The notes: generated by a model from the letters alone, not told the origin. 64,000 nt of DNA from the human T2T-CHM13v2.0 reference genome, Homo sapiens (GCF_009914755.1 NC_060947.1); one strand, 5' to 3'; positions 30,454 through 45,629 are shown, numbered from the stretch's first letter. Numbers and translations: made by a program.

Positions 30454-30868
30454 TGTGTTAGTTTCCCAGGCCTGTCATAACAAAGTACTACAAAACGAAA
30501 GTCTTAAACAACAGAAATTTATTCTCTCACAGTTTTGGATGCCAGGAGTCCAAGACCAAGGTGTCAACAGGCTTGGTTCCTTCTGAGGGCTGTGAGGGAA
30601 GAATCTGTTCCAAGCCTCTCTTTTTTGCTTGTAGGTGGCCATCTTCTTCCTGTTTTACTTCACATTATCTTCCTTGTCTGTGTGTCCAAATTTCTTCTTC
30701 CTATAGGGACACCTGTCATATTGTAATGGGGCCCACCATAATGCCTTCATTTAACTTTAATTACCTTTTTAAAGACTATCTCTAAACAAGGCCACATTCT
30801 GAGGTACTGGAGTTAGGACTTCAGCATATGGATTTTGGGGGGAAATAAAATTCAGCCCACCCATAACA
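30454..30868 (-). mobile_element. MLT1 (MaLR) LTR
   Basis: ttaaacaacagaaatttattctctcacagttttgga...cccataaca. Confidence 0.8.
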
Positions 30869-31472
30869 GTGTTTTTGTTGTTTTGTTTGTTTTTTTGTTT
30901 GCAATAAGTCATTTTCTGGAACACTGAGGGATGGGGGGATTTTGTAACCATTGCTGTTTTCAAGGATCACAGGGCTTGAGTAACGTTCAACATTGTCAGC
31001 AGGCACCTGGGGCCAGGAGCAGGGCAGCCAGAGGTGCTAGAGGCCAAAGTGCTCAGAGGACTGACTACTGTGTGCAGGACTGCAGGCGTGGGAGGCAGGC
31101 CCTGCTCTGGGCTCCATGAGGAGGGGATAGGGTCTGGAGGAAGATAGTAGCCTTGAGAGAGGCTGCCCCCAAATGCTGGGTGTCTTTGGATGGGGAAAAG
31201 CTCAGAGGGCAGAGTGTAAGCCCAGGCCCAGAGCCAGCCGAGCCTCTGGGGCCCATGGCTCAGGGGACCACAGCAGCAGGGGACCAGAGTCTGCCCTGCA
31301 GGCCCAGGGAAGCAGCCAGCAGGTGCCTCTGCTTTGGCCTTTGCACAACCCACTGTGGGTGAAGGAGTCGGGGCCTGGGTGGTGGTGCCATTTGAACAGG
31401 CAAAGAGAAAGGGGAGAGAGAAAAGGTCACATTCGGCTCTTTCCAAATTATCTTGCCCAGTGGGAGAGGACT

Positions 31473-32134
31473 TGTTCCCTGACCAAACTGAGGGTCGGGC
31501 TGCTATTTCTTGTGGCCCAATAATGAGATGCAGATGAACTGGGGAGGAAGAGAGTTTTTATTTCTATAACTGGTTACAGAGAGAAAACCTGGAAAATATC
31601 GCCAGACCAACTCAAAATTACAAAGTTTTCCAGAGCTTATATCCCTTCTAAGCTATATGTCTACATGTAAGTGTGCATTCATCTAAAAAGACATAAGTGA
31701 TTAACTTGTTTTAATCTAGAACTAAGATCTGAGTCCGGAAGGCCTCCCTCTGGAGCCTCAGTAAATTGACTTAATCTAAATGGGTCCAGGTGCTGGGGTG
31801 ATGACCCTTATTTTGTCTCCTGCTAAATCATGGAGGTGTGGAGAGTTCCTTTAATCTCCAATAAAGCTTGTTTGTGGAGGCCTGGTGAGTTTCTTCAGAC
31901 CTTCAATAAAATGTGTTGAATCCTAAATGGGTCCTGTGAAAAATTCCTTCATTACTTTGTCATGTTTCAAGGCCCAGGAAAGGTCTAGGCAAAACTCTTG
32001 GTGGGCTTTTCTTACATTCAAGCCTTTGTATAAGGGTGCTGGCTCTTTCAGCTTTTAATATTTAACTTTACCACTCGGTCAGTGCTGAAGCAGTTGTTGT
32101 GGAGGCCTGTGTTAGTGATACCTGACCTGCCACA
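31473..32134 (-). mobile_element. PABL_A-like ERV1 solo LTR
   Basis: - strand begins tgtggcaggtcaggtatcactaacacaggcc; ~660 bp; 4-bp TSD gact. Confidence 0.8.
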
Positions 32135-32589
32135 GACTGAGGGCTGGGAAAAGGGTGGCCCCCAGGGGTCTCACTCTTCTGTGCCAGGCCCTGTTCCTGT
32201 GTCTGGCAGCCAGAGGGCCCATTCCCAGAGCCCATCTAGAGCCAGACTGCCCAGGGCGTGACCTTCCTCCTGGCACCCTGCCATGGGAGTGGCTGGGAAA
32301 GTGACTGCTCTGTGGCGTCTTCATCTTCAGAAAAATGAAGCTGCCACACAGCTCACCAAGAGGAGGTGATCCCAGGCCAGGAACAGGTGGACGTCGGGAG
32401 TCCAGAAAGGCCACAGAGGGTGCTGGATCCTGTGGGAGAAGCAGCAGGGGGTCCCGGCCATGCCCCTAGGTTGGACTTGTCATTCCCAACCAACTGCAAT
32501 GGGACATAGACTTACCTTACAAGGTAGTGAATCGACAGGTTCTCAGATGAGCCTAAAATTAAGTACAAAATATGCTGGCCCGCCACAGA

Positions 32590-34695
32590 CCCCGGGGTGC
32601 TATCCATAGAAGGACAGGGCACAGGCCTGAGGACGGCACCTCTGTCAGTCCTCTCTGCTCAGGGGCAGACCCGAGGATGGGACCCCTGTTAGTTCATTCT
32701 GCTCAGGTGAAAGGCCCGAGGATGGCACTTCTCTCAATCCACTGTGCTGAGGAAACAGACCTGAAGACAGGACCTAACTCAGTCCCCACTGCTAAGGGAA
32801 AGAGCTAAGGCCACGACTCTCCCAGTCTTCTCTGATCAAAGCCAATGAGGGAGCAGGAGTTTTCTCAGTCCTCTCTGCTCAGGGGACAGATCTTAGGACA
32901 TGACCTCACTCAGTACTCTCTACTCAGGAGCAATTCATAAAGGGACACCTCTCCACATACATGTCACTCAGCAAACAGGAGAACAGGAACTCTGTTGGTC
33001 CTCTCAGCTCAGGGGACAGGCCTGAGGATGGGACCCCTGTTGGGCCATCTTCTAAGGGGATAGATAAGAGAACAGGACCTCTCTCAGTCCCATCAACTCA
33101 GGGGACAGGCCTGAGGGTGGGACCCACCTCGGCCCATCTTCTAAGAGGATAGATATGAGGACAGGACCTCGCTCGGTCCCCTCAGCCCAGGGGACAGGCC
33201 TGAGGGTGGGACCCCTGTCGGTCCATCTTCTGATGGGATAAATATGAGGACAGGACCTCTCTCCATCCCCTCAGCTCAGGGGACAGGCCTGAGGGTGGGA
33301 CTGCTGTCAGTCCATCTTCTAAGGGGATACATGTGAGGACAGGACCTCTCTCAGTCCTCTCTGCTCAAGGGACAGGACTGAGAATGTGACCCGAATCGTT
33401 TTATCTTCTAAGAGGATTGATGTGAGGTCCAGACCTCTCTCAGTCCTCTCTGCTCAAGGGACGGACCTGAGGATGGGACCCCTCTCTGTCCATCTTCTAA
33501 GTGGATACGTATGAGGACAGGACATCTCTCAGTCCTCTCTGCTCTAGACACAGACCTGAGTTTGGGACCTCTGTCGGTCCATCATCTGAGGGGATAGGTG
33601 TGAGGAGAGGAACCCTCTCAGCCCCCTCAGCTCAGGGGACAGGCCTGAAGATGCGACCCCCGTCGGTCCATCTTCTTAGGGGATAGATATGAGGACAGGA
33701 CCTCTCTCAGTCCTCTCTGCTCAAAGGACAGGCCTGAGGACAGGACCCCTCTAAGTCCTCTTTTCTCTACGATAGATATGGGAATGGGACCTCTCTCAGT
33801 CGACTGTGCTCAGAAGACAGGCCACAGCACAGGACCTCTCTCTGCCCACTAAGCCTCAGGTACCTGAAGACAGCATCTCTCTCAGTCTTCTCTGCCCGGG
33901 GACACCTCTCCCACTGCTTTCTACTCAGGGTCAGGCCTGAGGACAGGACCGCTGTCAGTCTTCTCTGCTAAGGGGACAGACCTTAGGATGGGATCCCTCT
34001 CTGACCTCTTACACAGAGGATGGGCCTGTGGACAGGACCTCTCTTATGACTCTCTGCCCAGGGATGGGTCTGAGGACAGGACTCCTCTCAGTCTTCCTGC
34101 TCAGGGGACGCCTGAGGATGAGACCTCTCAGTTTTGTTTGCTCAGGGGACAGACTAGAAGATGGGACCTCTCTCAGTCCTCTCTGATCAGAAAGAGACCT
34201 GCGGGTTGTACTCTGTCAGACATTTCTGTTGTTCTGCACAGGGGACACCTGAGTATGGGACCTCTTTCAGTCCTCTTTGCTCATGGAACAGGCCTGAAAA
34301 TGAGACCTCTGCCATTTCTCTATGATCAGGGACAGAGCTGAGGACAGCACCTTTCCCAGTTCCCACCGCTCAGGGTTTGGAGAGAGGCCTGTCTGCTCAA
34401 GAGACCCAACTCAGTCCTCTCTCGTTAAGGAACAGGTCTTATGATGGCACCCGTCTCAGTTCATTTTCTCAGAGGTATACCTGTGGACAGGACCTCTCTC
34501 ACTCCTCTCTGCTCGAGGGAAAGACCTGAGAACAAGACCTCTCTCAGACCACTTTGATCAGGCACAGGCCTGGTGACGGGACCTCTCTCAGTCCTCCCTG
34601 CTGAGGGGACAGGCCTTAGGATGGGACCCCTCTCAGTCTTGTCTACTCCGGGACAGTCCTGAGGACGGGACTTCTCTGAGTCCTCTCTGCTCAGC
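32590..34695. repeat. Diverged minisatellite of ~44-45-bp units with an 89-bp dimeric core
   Basis: Consensus ggacaggacctctctcagtcctctctgctcaggggacaggcctga, roughly 45 copies. Confidence 0.92.
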
Positions 34696-35109
34696 CTCAC
34701 CCCCATGATTGGGCTCTGATCCAGCTCCCTCATCCACCGCTCAAGCCCTCTGTGAGCCCAGGAGGCTGCTGCTTATTGGATGGGCTTGGTCAGCCCTTGG
34801 GCACCCAGGAAGGCACCTTGATGGACCTTTCTGTCCCCAGGCCACACATGCCGCCCTCCTCAGGGGCACTTGTTGAGGACTGTGCAGCAAAACACAATGC
34901 ATGGTAGGAGCTCTGCCAGCTGGCACGCACCAAGGGCCTGGCTGGGATGAAGGGGACAGGTGGCCCCCCGGGGGGGCCCGTCCTTCAGGCCCGACAAAGT
35001 CTCCTTGCTCTGGGCTGGTGGGGAAGCAACTGGTTTCTCCCGGTACCTCCTTCCAGACTCCCTGGCTAGATCCCTTCCGGGTTTCACAACCCAACTGTCC
35101 AGCCTGTGT

Positions 35110-35550
35110 GCTCACATGCCCACTGACACAGTCACACACACATTCACTCACACACTCATGTTCCAGACACACTCACATGCGCACACACATTGAGTGACAA
35201 ACACACATTGAATGACGCATTCATGCCTGCTCATTGACACACCCACATTTGCAGTCAGCGCACGCACGCACAATGACTCACAAACTCACACACACACTGA
35301 CACACACTGACACACTCACAGTGTCACACACATTCAGCGACATGCATGCTCACCTTCAATGGCACAGCCTCATTCCCCCACACCCTCCCACTCACACACG
35401 CTCAGTGATGCAGTCACATTCTGTCACTTGGATTCACACACATTCTCAGAAACTCATGCACATGCTCACACTGACACACACACGCACACGCTCAAACACA
35501 CCCGCTCACTCACACTCACACCTGCTTGGGAATCACGGCACACACAGGTC
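35110..35550. repeat. Degenerate (CA)n low-complexity tract
   Basis: cacacactcaca-type repeats. Confidence 0.85.
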
Positions 35551-37261
35551 CACTCTGAACAGGGAAAACCAAGGAGCCCTGACAGGCCCTGGCAAGGTCA
35601 GCCAAGCTCTATGCCCTCTCCTCTTGCCCTGTCCCCAAAATCTGGAGGGGCCCTTGGAAAGTGAGCAGTTGACTTGGCCCTGCTGAGACACAAGGGACGG
35701 ACATGCTGGGGTTGTGCCCAGCCTGAAGAAGGCAGGGAGAACAGAGCACAGTGGGGGCCCCAGGCATGCCTGCAGGGCACCCCGATGGGACACACTACAA
35801 GGGTCCCTGAGACACCGGTTAAGCACCTTCAGGCCGGGGAGGCTGCAGGCCCAGCCCCAGAGACCTGCCGCCCCCTGCCCCTCCCCGACAGCCCCGCAAA
35901 ACTACCCCTCCCATGCCTGCACTGGCCTGTGTATGCCGAGTGTCTCCCAGGGCCCCTGCCGCCCTGCAGACCTGCTGACTGCAGCTCCGCTCAAGCAGAC
36001 AGGTCGCCTAGATCCAGGATTCCTCAGCCCAGGTGGGCAGCCACCCATTCCCAGCATTGGCTCTGAGGCTGCTTTGGGGGAGCCTGGCTATCATCTGAGC
36101 CATGGGGATGGCCGGAGGCTCTGTGCTCCAGAACAGCCGGAGGAAGTGTGTGGACACAGACTGAGTGAGCCCCGGGAGACCCTCGCCACGTCCAAGTCAA
36201 TGATCCCGTCCCCTCCCCACACATGTGCAGGGAGGGGCCTATCACTTGTCCCAGTTCTGTCGCCCACAGACTCTGGGCTAGTTAAATGGCTGATCGAGGA
36301 CTACCCTCCATTTGTGGCGAGCTCCCTGGCCTGTTGGGAGAGAGAGCCAGTCCCAGGAGGGCTCAGGAGGGCGGGTTCCAGGATCCTCAGGCCCCCACCA
36401 AGAACTGCCCCTCTGGCCACAGTGCTGAAGGAGGGGTGTCTGGATTAGCAGCGCCGTCCATCCTGAGGGAGCCCTCCTCAGGCAGCATCCAGGGCTCAGA
36501 GGGCCTCGGGGATGCAGGACAGAAAGGGGTCACTCCCCAGGGCCATCTAGGCTTCCTGCTCATGGCCCACTGCCTGCTCCCAGGACACAGGAGTAGAGCG
36601 CCTCCCAGTACACTGGGAAGGGAGCAGGACAGGACCCAGGATGAAGTGCAGCTCCCCCGCCCTTCCTCTCCCCCTCCCCAAGACATGAGCACTTGGGATC
36701 CCTTTCTCGCCCACACTCTGTCCCCTTGGCCATCACACACACACTGTCCCCAAACATCCCTCAGTGGCTAGGCCAAGGCTGGCCACCTGCGGGCTGATCT
36801 GGGAGGATGGGCACACACCAGCCCCTACCCCACCCCGAGTCCTGCACACAGCTCTTCACAGGGCCTCTGACTGCCTGTCCAGGCCCTCCTGGGGCTCTTC
36901 TCTGACCTCGGTTGCTGGCCTTGGTTGCACATGTGGCCTCTCTGACCCTTCCGGAAGCCTTGAGCCACACCCCTACAGTGCTGCCAGGGATCAGGGGCCT
37001 GGGACCCACCTGCTGCCCCTTGCCCAGCCTTCAATGTCCAAGTCACTTATTCCTGAGGACACCTGGAGTGCCTTTGGTACCCAGCCAGTCACTGCTCATG
37101 ACCACCAGCATCCTGTTGCCAGGCTCCATGCAGCCCAAGGCACCCCACAGGCCCTCATAGACCCTGCCCCACACACACCTCGATGTCAGCCTGGCCACTG
37201 TGGCCCCATCCCCAGCAGACCACCTCCCACCCCAGTTTCACACAGCAGAGGCAAGACACCA

Positions 37262-38685
37262 CTGGAACACTGAACAAAATTTACTGAAGAGAAACATGAA
37301 CTGAAACTGCTGAAGAAAAGGGAATCTAACACAGAGAGAAACTGCAAACAGCCACTACAGGTCACAAGTCCCCGGCCCCTCCCTCAGTGTGGCCCCCCCC
37401 ACCACATCCCTCCTTCCATAGGGCCCCAGGATCCACCTCTTGCCAGGATGGTGGGCTCTGGCAATGTGTACTCGCTTCAGGGAACCCCCTCCTGAGCCCA
37501 CCCGCTGGGGCAGGGCCCTGCCCTATAGACTGCACAGGACAGTCACAGGATGCTGGAAAACATAGCAGGGAACACCCCACCAAGTTGAGGAAACTGAGTC
37601 ACGAGTAACAGCAGGGGTGGAACGCCAAAGCACAAAGCTTCCTGGGGAGCCTCAGGCAGCCCTGCTCCTTCCCGTGTCTGGTTGGTCCTCCTGCAGTCGA
37701 GGTCACAGTCACAAGGTGAGCGTCTGCCATGCCTCCTTCCCACCGTCTCCTGGAACTGCGCTGGGGTACTCTGGAAAGGAGCTGCTCAGATAAAAACACA
37801 CACATCCCCAAGAGAACAAGCAGCCACTGGCCGAGATCTACACCGGCAAAGCAGAGGTGGAGTTCTTGACACGGAACAGCAGTGAGCAGAGCCCGGGCCT
37901 GATGATGACGCAAACCAAAAACAACTACCCACCCCCAACACATCCTCTCTTCTCTTCTTACACTTCTTCCTCCTCCTTCCCCTCTTCCTCCTCCCCCTCT
38001 TCCTCCTTCTCCTCCCCCTCTTCCTCCTGCTCCTCCTTATTCTCCTCTTCCTCCTCCCGATCATCCTCTTCTTAATTCTCCTCCTCTTTCTCTTCCTCAC
38101 TGGTGCAGGGGCTTATGAATGCTGCCTTCCTGGGGCTCCCCTCATGCAGTGTAGATGATCCTAAAGACAGGCTGGACCCTGTGGCCTCCCCTGCGGGGCT
38201 TCACTTCTGCCCCACAGCTCTTCCTCAGCAGCCCTGGCTCCTTCTGGCAGAGGCAGGCCCCAGGCAGGCTCCTCCAGGTCCCACGTGGCCTGGGTGCCAG
38301 TGGGCATGCTCAGCTCAAAGTCCACAGGGTAGATATTTGGGGGTGTCCAGAGGACCAGGCCAGAGCCCCCAGCCACACCTTCTTCAGCCCCTGCTTCGCT
38401 GGGGTCCCCATCTGAAGCCCAGGCACCCCATGTGCTAAGTGTAGTGGTTCCCCGCTTGTGTCTCCTGTACCTGTTAGGGGCTATGGGCCCGGCCCCCACT
38501 GAACCAGATGCTATTTGGTCTTGGTTGGTGAAGTCCCTTCCAGCTGGTGGAAAGTAAGGGGGCTTGATCTCGACCTGGCTTCCCTGTCCCTCTGCCCCAG
38601 TCAAGTTCCCTGTTAGTGTAAGCTGCCCCTTCCCCTTGTTCAAATGTCCCTGCTGCCTGCCAGGGGAAGGAGTGCTTCGGTCTTC

Positions 38686-38690
<5 letters not shown>
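37262..38690 (-). other. PNMA5: PNMA5 3' UTR (3' end approximate)
   Basis: Follows the TAG; variant poly(A) signal AGTAAA on the - strand at 37280-37285 with GT-rich sequence downstream. Confidence 0.6.
37945..38100. repeat. (CCT/CTT)n pyrimidine tract, purine-rich in the PNMA5 3' UTR
   Basis: tcctcttcctcc repeats. Confidence 0.85.
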
Positions 38691-40160
<1,470 letters not shown>

Positions 40161-40516
40161 CTGCAAAGCAAATGGGATGAGAGCATTGTTAATGCCCACC
40201 CCAACCTACGCCCCCAAGCACCCCTCCTCTGCCCCCACCCCCAAGCAGGGATGGAGTCCTTTCTTCCCAGGGTTCCCCAAGTCATTTTGGGGAGGGTAGA
40301 GTGTGGAGGTTCTCCCCAGGCAAAGATCTCCCCATCTCACCACTCCCTGCTGACTTCCTCCTGCTGTGGGTTCTTCCTCAAAGTCCAGAGGACTCTGCTG
40401 TGTGTGCTTCGGGTGCCTGTAGTGAAAAGGCCAACGTCAGGAGGCAGGGCCTGACACCTGGGGACACTGACGAGCCCTCCAGGCAGAAGAGGGCAGGAGA
40501 CAGCCTCACTGCTCAC

Positions 40517-40611
40517 TCGGGGCTATGTGGGCTCAGGTCACCCAGCACCCTCCTTGCTGGAGTGAAGGCTGGCAGCAAGAGAGGTAGAGTGGCCCTCTTT
40601 CTCAGGAATGC
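40517..40611 (-). other. PNMA5: Candidate PNMA5 non-coding 5' exon
   Basis: - strand acceptor tctttctcatccgtcag and donor gtgagc; inferred from splice motifs only. Confidence 0.4.
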
Positions 40612-41986
40612 CTGACGGATGAGAAAGATGGCTGAGCTCTGCGCAATGCAATGAGAGTGGTGGGTGTGGAGATTGTGTGACAAGCTGCAGTGTTGCCATG
40701 GATACAGAGAATACCATGGACCATGGGTTGCTATTGCAGGGGAGTGTCATGTGGTAAGGCCAAGGTCCTTGAAAAGCAACAGGTGATGTCATTGGCCTCC
40801 AACCAATAAAGCGTACTAGCAAAAAGGAGGGTGGGAGAGGGAAGGCGAGATGGGCATGAGGAGTGAGTGCTGAAAGGACAGGAGCTCATGGTTTCAATTG
40901 TGTGGAAGCTGAAATCAGGCAGAAAAGGGACCCAGATAAGGTCCCCACTGCCAGACTGCAGGAAACCAACAACTCTTGCCCTAGAGATGGCCCTACCCTG
41001 CAGAGTCTGTGAACCCTGGCAGGCAGTCCCCTCTCCCCACTCTTTGCCAGGGTTCCAGAGCCCCTCCCAACAGGGCCCAACTCACAGCTGCTCACCTTGC
41101 TGGGTTGGCCCTGCTGGCAGCGCGGATGCTGCAATAACACAGCCACTTCAGACTCGCTCTGCTTTTCAACTCTATCCAGTTAGGCAGTTCCTGACTCAGG
41201 CGTGATGGGTCCTGCTTCACTGGATCTGTCCAAGGCAAAGCAGAGGTATTTTGCTGTGATTCTGTCCCACACACATGTCCCTGCCCAGGCCATGCCAATT
41301 CAGACTCTGCATAGGTGTTCACTAGGACCCTGGTGCAGGGATAGAAGAAACTGCTCAACTGACAGAGGGAGCGGAGCGGGGGGAGGAGTCGGGGGACGAA
41401 TGGTGAGAGGGGTGGGAGGTGAGGAGGGAGGTAGGGGGTGGGGGCAGGGGGGCTGCTGGTAGGGCAGAAGGGATCCTAAGGTAAGGTTGCTGCCCTACCC
41501 CCACTGCAAACTCCATTCCCTCCCAAGCTCCGCCCCTACAGCCATGTTGCAACCCTTCCTAAGCCCCACCTCAAAACCTGCACCCCTGCTGCCAAACTCT
41601 GCCTATAACTAAGTTGCACCTCTACCCCAAGCTTAGCCCCCCACCAAGTCTAACCCCTTCCACCACCCAAGTCTAACTCGTGCCTCAAGCCCTGCCCCCA
41701 CCCACAGTCCAACTCCTACCCCAAGCCCTGCCCCCTCACCAAGTCCAACTCCTACCCCGAGGCAAGTCTAACTGATATCCCCAAATCCCCTACCTCCATT
41801 CCCCTGCTCCCCCCAATCCCCACCCGGTTATCTACATACACCCACACCACCGACATCAGTGGAAGCAGGCAGAATCTAGGAGGGGAAGGTTCGAAGCCAC
41901 TTTCCCTCAAGGGCAAGGGCCAAGAGCTACTATCCTGACTGCAGTGTCTCCGGGCAGGTCAAGGGTGGAATAGGTCTCCCTGAAGT

Positions 41987-42282
41987 TTGTTTGTTTTTCT
42001 CTGAAACGGAGTCTGGCTTTGTCACCCAGGCTGGAGTGCAGTAGCGTATCTCGGCTCACTGCAACCTCCGCCCCCTGGGTTCAAGTGATTCTCCGGCCTC
42101 AGCCTCCTGAGTAGCTGGGATTACAGGCGTACACCACCACGCCCGGCTACTTTTTGTATTTTTAGTAAAAACGGGGTTTCCCCATGTTGGCCAGGCTGGT
42201 CTCCAACTCCTGACCTCAGGTGATCCACCCGCCTCGGCCTCCCAAAGTGCTGGGATTACAGGTGTGAGCCACCGCGCCCGGC
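41987..42282 (-). mobile_element. Alu (AluS)
   Basis: Reverse Alu with TSD aggtctccctgaagtt on both sides. Confidence 0.92.
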
Positions 42283-42299
42283 CAGGTCTCCCTGAAGTT

Positions 42300-42890
42300 C
42301 TGCCTGGAAATGGCAGGGATTCCTTGGCGTGCTGGGTGTGATCTAGTGGGATCCCGCCTCCAGGGAAACCTATGGCCACCAGCCCCTAGACCCCGTGGAA
42401 AATAGCAAGAGTTACTGGGGGGTTCCCCCGTAATCTGGGTTGCTGTCCGAGCCCGGGGTCCAGCTCCGTACCTGCCGGAGGTGCCTCCAAGCCGGAGTTC
42501 CCGCGCAGCGCGACCACCACACGTCTATGGCGGCTGCCGCCTCCGTGCTGACTGCGCCACGAGGCTGTGGCGGGAAGAGGTTGTCTGGTGACGACCGCCC
42601 CCCTACCCCATGAGCGGAACTGCACACGGCCCGCTCACGGTTGCGCACTGGTGACATAAACCCTCCTACTTCCTGCAAGGTGGTTCCTCACCCCACCCAC
42701 CCCCGTGCCGACGACGGTGGCAGCCAGGCTCGCCACGTGCCATTTGGCCCAGCAGCCACTGTGGCTCTTCCTCATTGGAGGGGAGCTGTGGCGTCCCAAG
42801 CCCATGGGTGAAGGGCCGGGTGCAAATCACCCAGTGCAACGTATAGGCCACGTGAGCGCCCTTATAAACGAGTCATAGCCCTCGTTTATT
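42300..42890 (-). promoter_or_regulatory. CpG-island promoter of PNMA5
   Basis: High CpG density, GC box, and CCAAT (attgg on +) at ~42775. Confidence 0.75.
42472..42570 (-). other. PNMA5: Candidate PNMA5 first exon (5' end approximate)
   Basis: Lies inside the CpG island; - strand donor GGCAG|gtacgg at 42471. Confidence 0.6.
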
Positions 42891-43494
42891 TTTTATTGGA
42901 CTGTTCTAGGGGAGGAGGGCAAAAAATACAGCTACTGCCTGCATTTCACAAGGGCATTAGTTTTTTTTCGCTGCTCACTGAGAGCCAGATGACTGAAAAT
43001 ATTCCATTCTCCCATTATTCTCCTGATTTCACGACCAAACATTACGCACCTAGTACCCAAACTGCTTCCTGTCGTTTCCCAAAGCAGGTTTCTTCCACAG
43101 AGGGAAGGTCCTGCGGCTTGCAGCGGCCCGAAAGTACTGTTCCAGAAAAGGGTGTGGGTGCGGCACAGGTAGCACACTTCAAGGTGCACACAAATCCCCT
43201 GGTAATCTTAAAAAAATGCGTGAGGAGATCTGAGGCAGGGATGGTTCCACTGAAAGCTAGGTTACTTGCTGCATATCCCTGCCCAGGCTGTGTGGAGCAA
43301 GGGTCTGAAGCCTATGATTACATTTCAGGGCCAGAAGTTGTGGACCTTTAGTGACAGAATATATTTGTTTTTCTTTCTCTGTGATTAAAAAAGAAAAGGC
43401 TTTTTCTGGTACTGTTTTAATAAATATGTTAAAAGCGGACAACATTTTAAATTTATGGTCACTGAGAAAGATATTTGCAGATATCACCTTCTTC

Positions 43495-44093
<599 letters not shown>

Positions 44094-44322
44094 GACAATT
44101 CAGAGCCCATTAAATCAATCTCCTTCATGTGACAAGGAGAAAATAGTGCTGAAAGCCATTGCTTAGCTGCCTGGTATCACAACATCACAGAAGGTGATGT
44201 TTTGGAAAGAGGTTCTGCCTCAGTCACCTCTGGGCTACTGGGTGCTCCCCTGGCCAGACGTATACTTCAATTCATTCTATTTCTCACTAGAAGACTAGCT
44301 TCCTCTCTCTCTCTCTTTTTTC

Positions 44323-44721
44323 TGTCTCAGTCTGTTTTGTGCTTCTATAATCAAATACCTGAGACTGGGTAACATATAATGAACAGGAATTTATTTAGCT
44401 CATGTTTCTGAAGGCTGAGAACTCTAAGATCAAGGGGCTGCACCTGCTGAGGGCCTGGCATGCAGGCATCAAGACGTGAAAGCATGTGTAAGAGTGAGCA
44501 AAAGAAAGAGAAGAAAGGGGCCTAAACTCATTTTTTAAAAAAAAAATCAGGAACTCACTCCCACAATAACAAATCCACTCCCGAGATAACAGCATTTGTC
44601 CATTCACACTGGCAGAGTCCTCCTCACCTAATCACCTCTTAAAGGTCCCACTTCTCAACAGTTGTATTGGGGATTAAGTTTCCAACACATGAACTCTGGG
44701 GGACACATTCAAACCATAGCA
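44323..44721 (-). mobile_element. MaLR LTR (MST/MLT1A-like)
   Basis: aatacctgagactgggtaa...ggggacacattcaaaccatagca. Confidence 0.8.
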
Positions 44722-44988
44722 CTTTTCTTTAAAAAAAGTTATTGGGGATAGTGACAATGTTGAATTTTTCCTGAGCCCTGTGATCCTGGAAAACAGTGAA
44801 GGTTAAGAAACCCTCAGCCCTTTGTGTTCCAGAAAACAGCTTCCTGCAAAGAACCCTCCTTTCCATATGACTTAGATAAGACTTAGGGGATGTCACCCGT
44901 GTTTATGTATGACAATGCCAGACACGAGACCCTCCAAATTGCCATTCTTTACTTAATAAATGATAAACTGAACTGCTCGTTCTCTTGT

Positions 44989-45270
44989 GGCTGGGCGCGG
45001 TGGTTCACACCTGTAATCCCAGCACTTTGGGAGGCCGAGGCGGGTGGATCACGAGGTCAAGAGATCGAGACCATCCTGGCCAACATGGTGAAACCCTGTC
45101 TCTACTAAAAATACAAAAATTACCTGGGCGTGGTGGCACGTGCCTATAGTCCCAGCTACTTGGGAGGCTGAGGCAGGAGAATCGCTTGAACCTGGGAGTG
45201 GAGGTTGCACTGAGCTGAGATGGCGCCACTGCACTCCAGCCTGGAGACAGAGCGAGATTAAAAAAAAAAA
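44989..45270 (+). mobile_element. Alu inside an old ERV1 LTR (~44760-45625)
   Basis: Alu consensus; LTR-like flanks with aataaa. Confidence 0.8.
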
Positions 45271-45629
45271 TGCTTGTTAGCCAAAGTTTAGGTAGCTTCT
45301 CTTCTTTCTCCAGACTCCTGAAATTTGGCCCACCTTTAGTCTGAGCCAGCAGATAACCTTAACAGGCCCTTCTCATAGGCTGGTCCCAGGTAGAACATTC
45401 TCTGATCTAATATCTGGTCATTCCACATCCTCACACCAAGTTCTTTCTAGGCTTGTTTGCTCCTCCCCCCGACCTCTTTTTTTTTTTTTTTTTAAAGCTC
45501 CTTTTTGCCTGACCCTTGAGTTGCTTGTGGAACTGACAGTTGGACACCCGATTGAAACATCCCCTCCCCCAGTTGCAAGAAGCCTTTCAAATAAATTATC
45601 TCTCATTAAGTCCTGTGATTCTTTTCCTC

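Noticed and set aside
32590-34695. CRISPR-like appearance of the palindromic ~45-bp array
   Set aside because: Units are contiguous and diverged with no unique spacers, there are no cas genes, and the context is primate.
35234-37273. Overlapping 130-244-aa ORFs
   Set aside because: GC-rich and CA-repeat sequence with few stops, mostly non-ATG starts, no recognisable domain and no convincing exon structure.
37786-38100. Arg/Lys-rich protamine-like ORF
   Set aside because: It is the translation of a (GAG/GAA)n simple repeat in the PNMA5 3' UTR and starts at a non-ATG codon.
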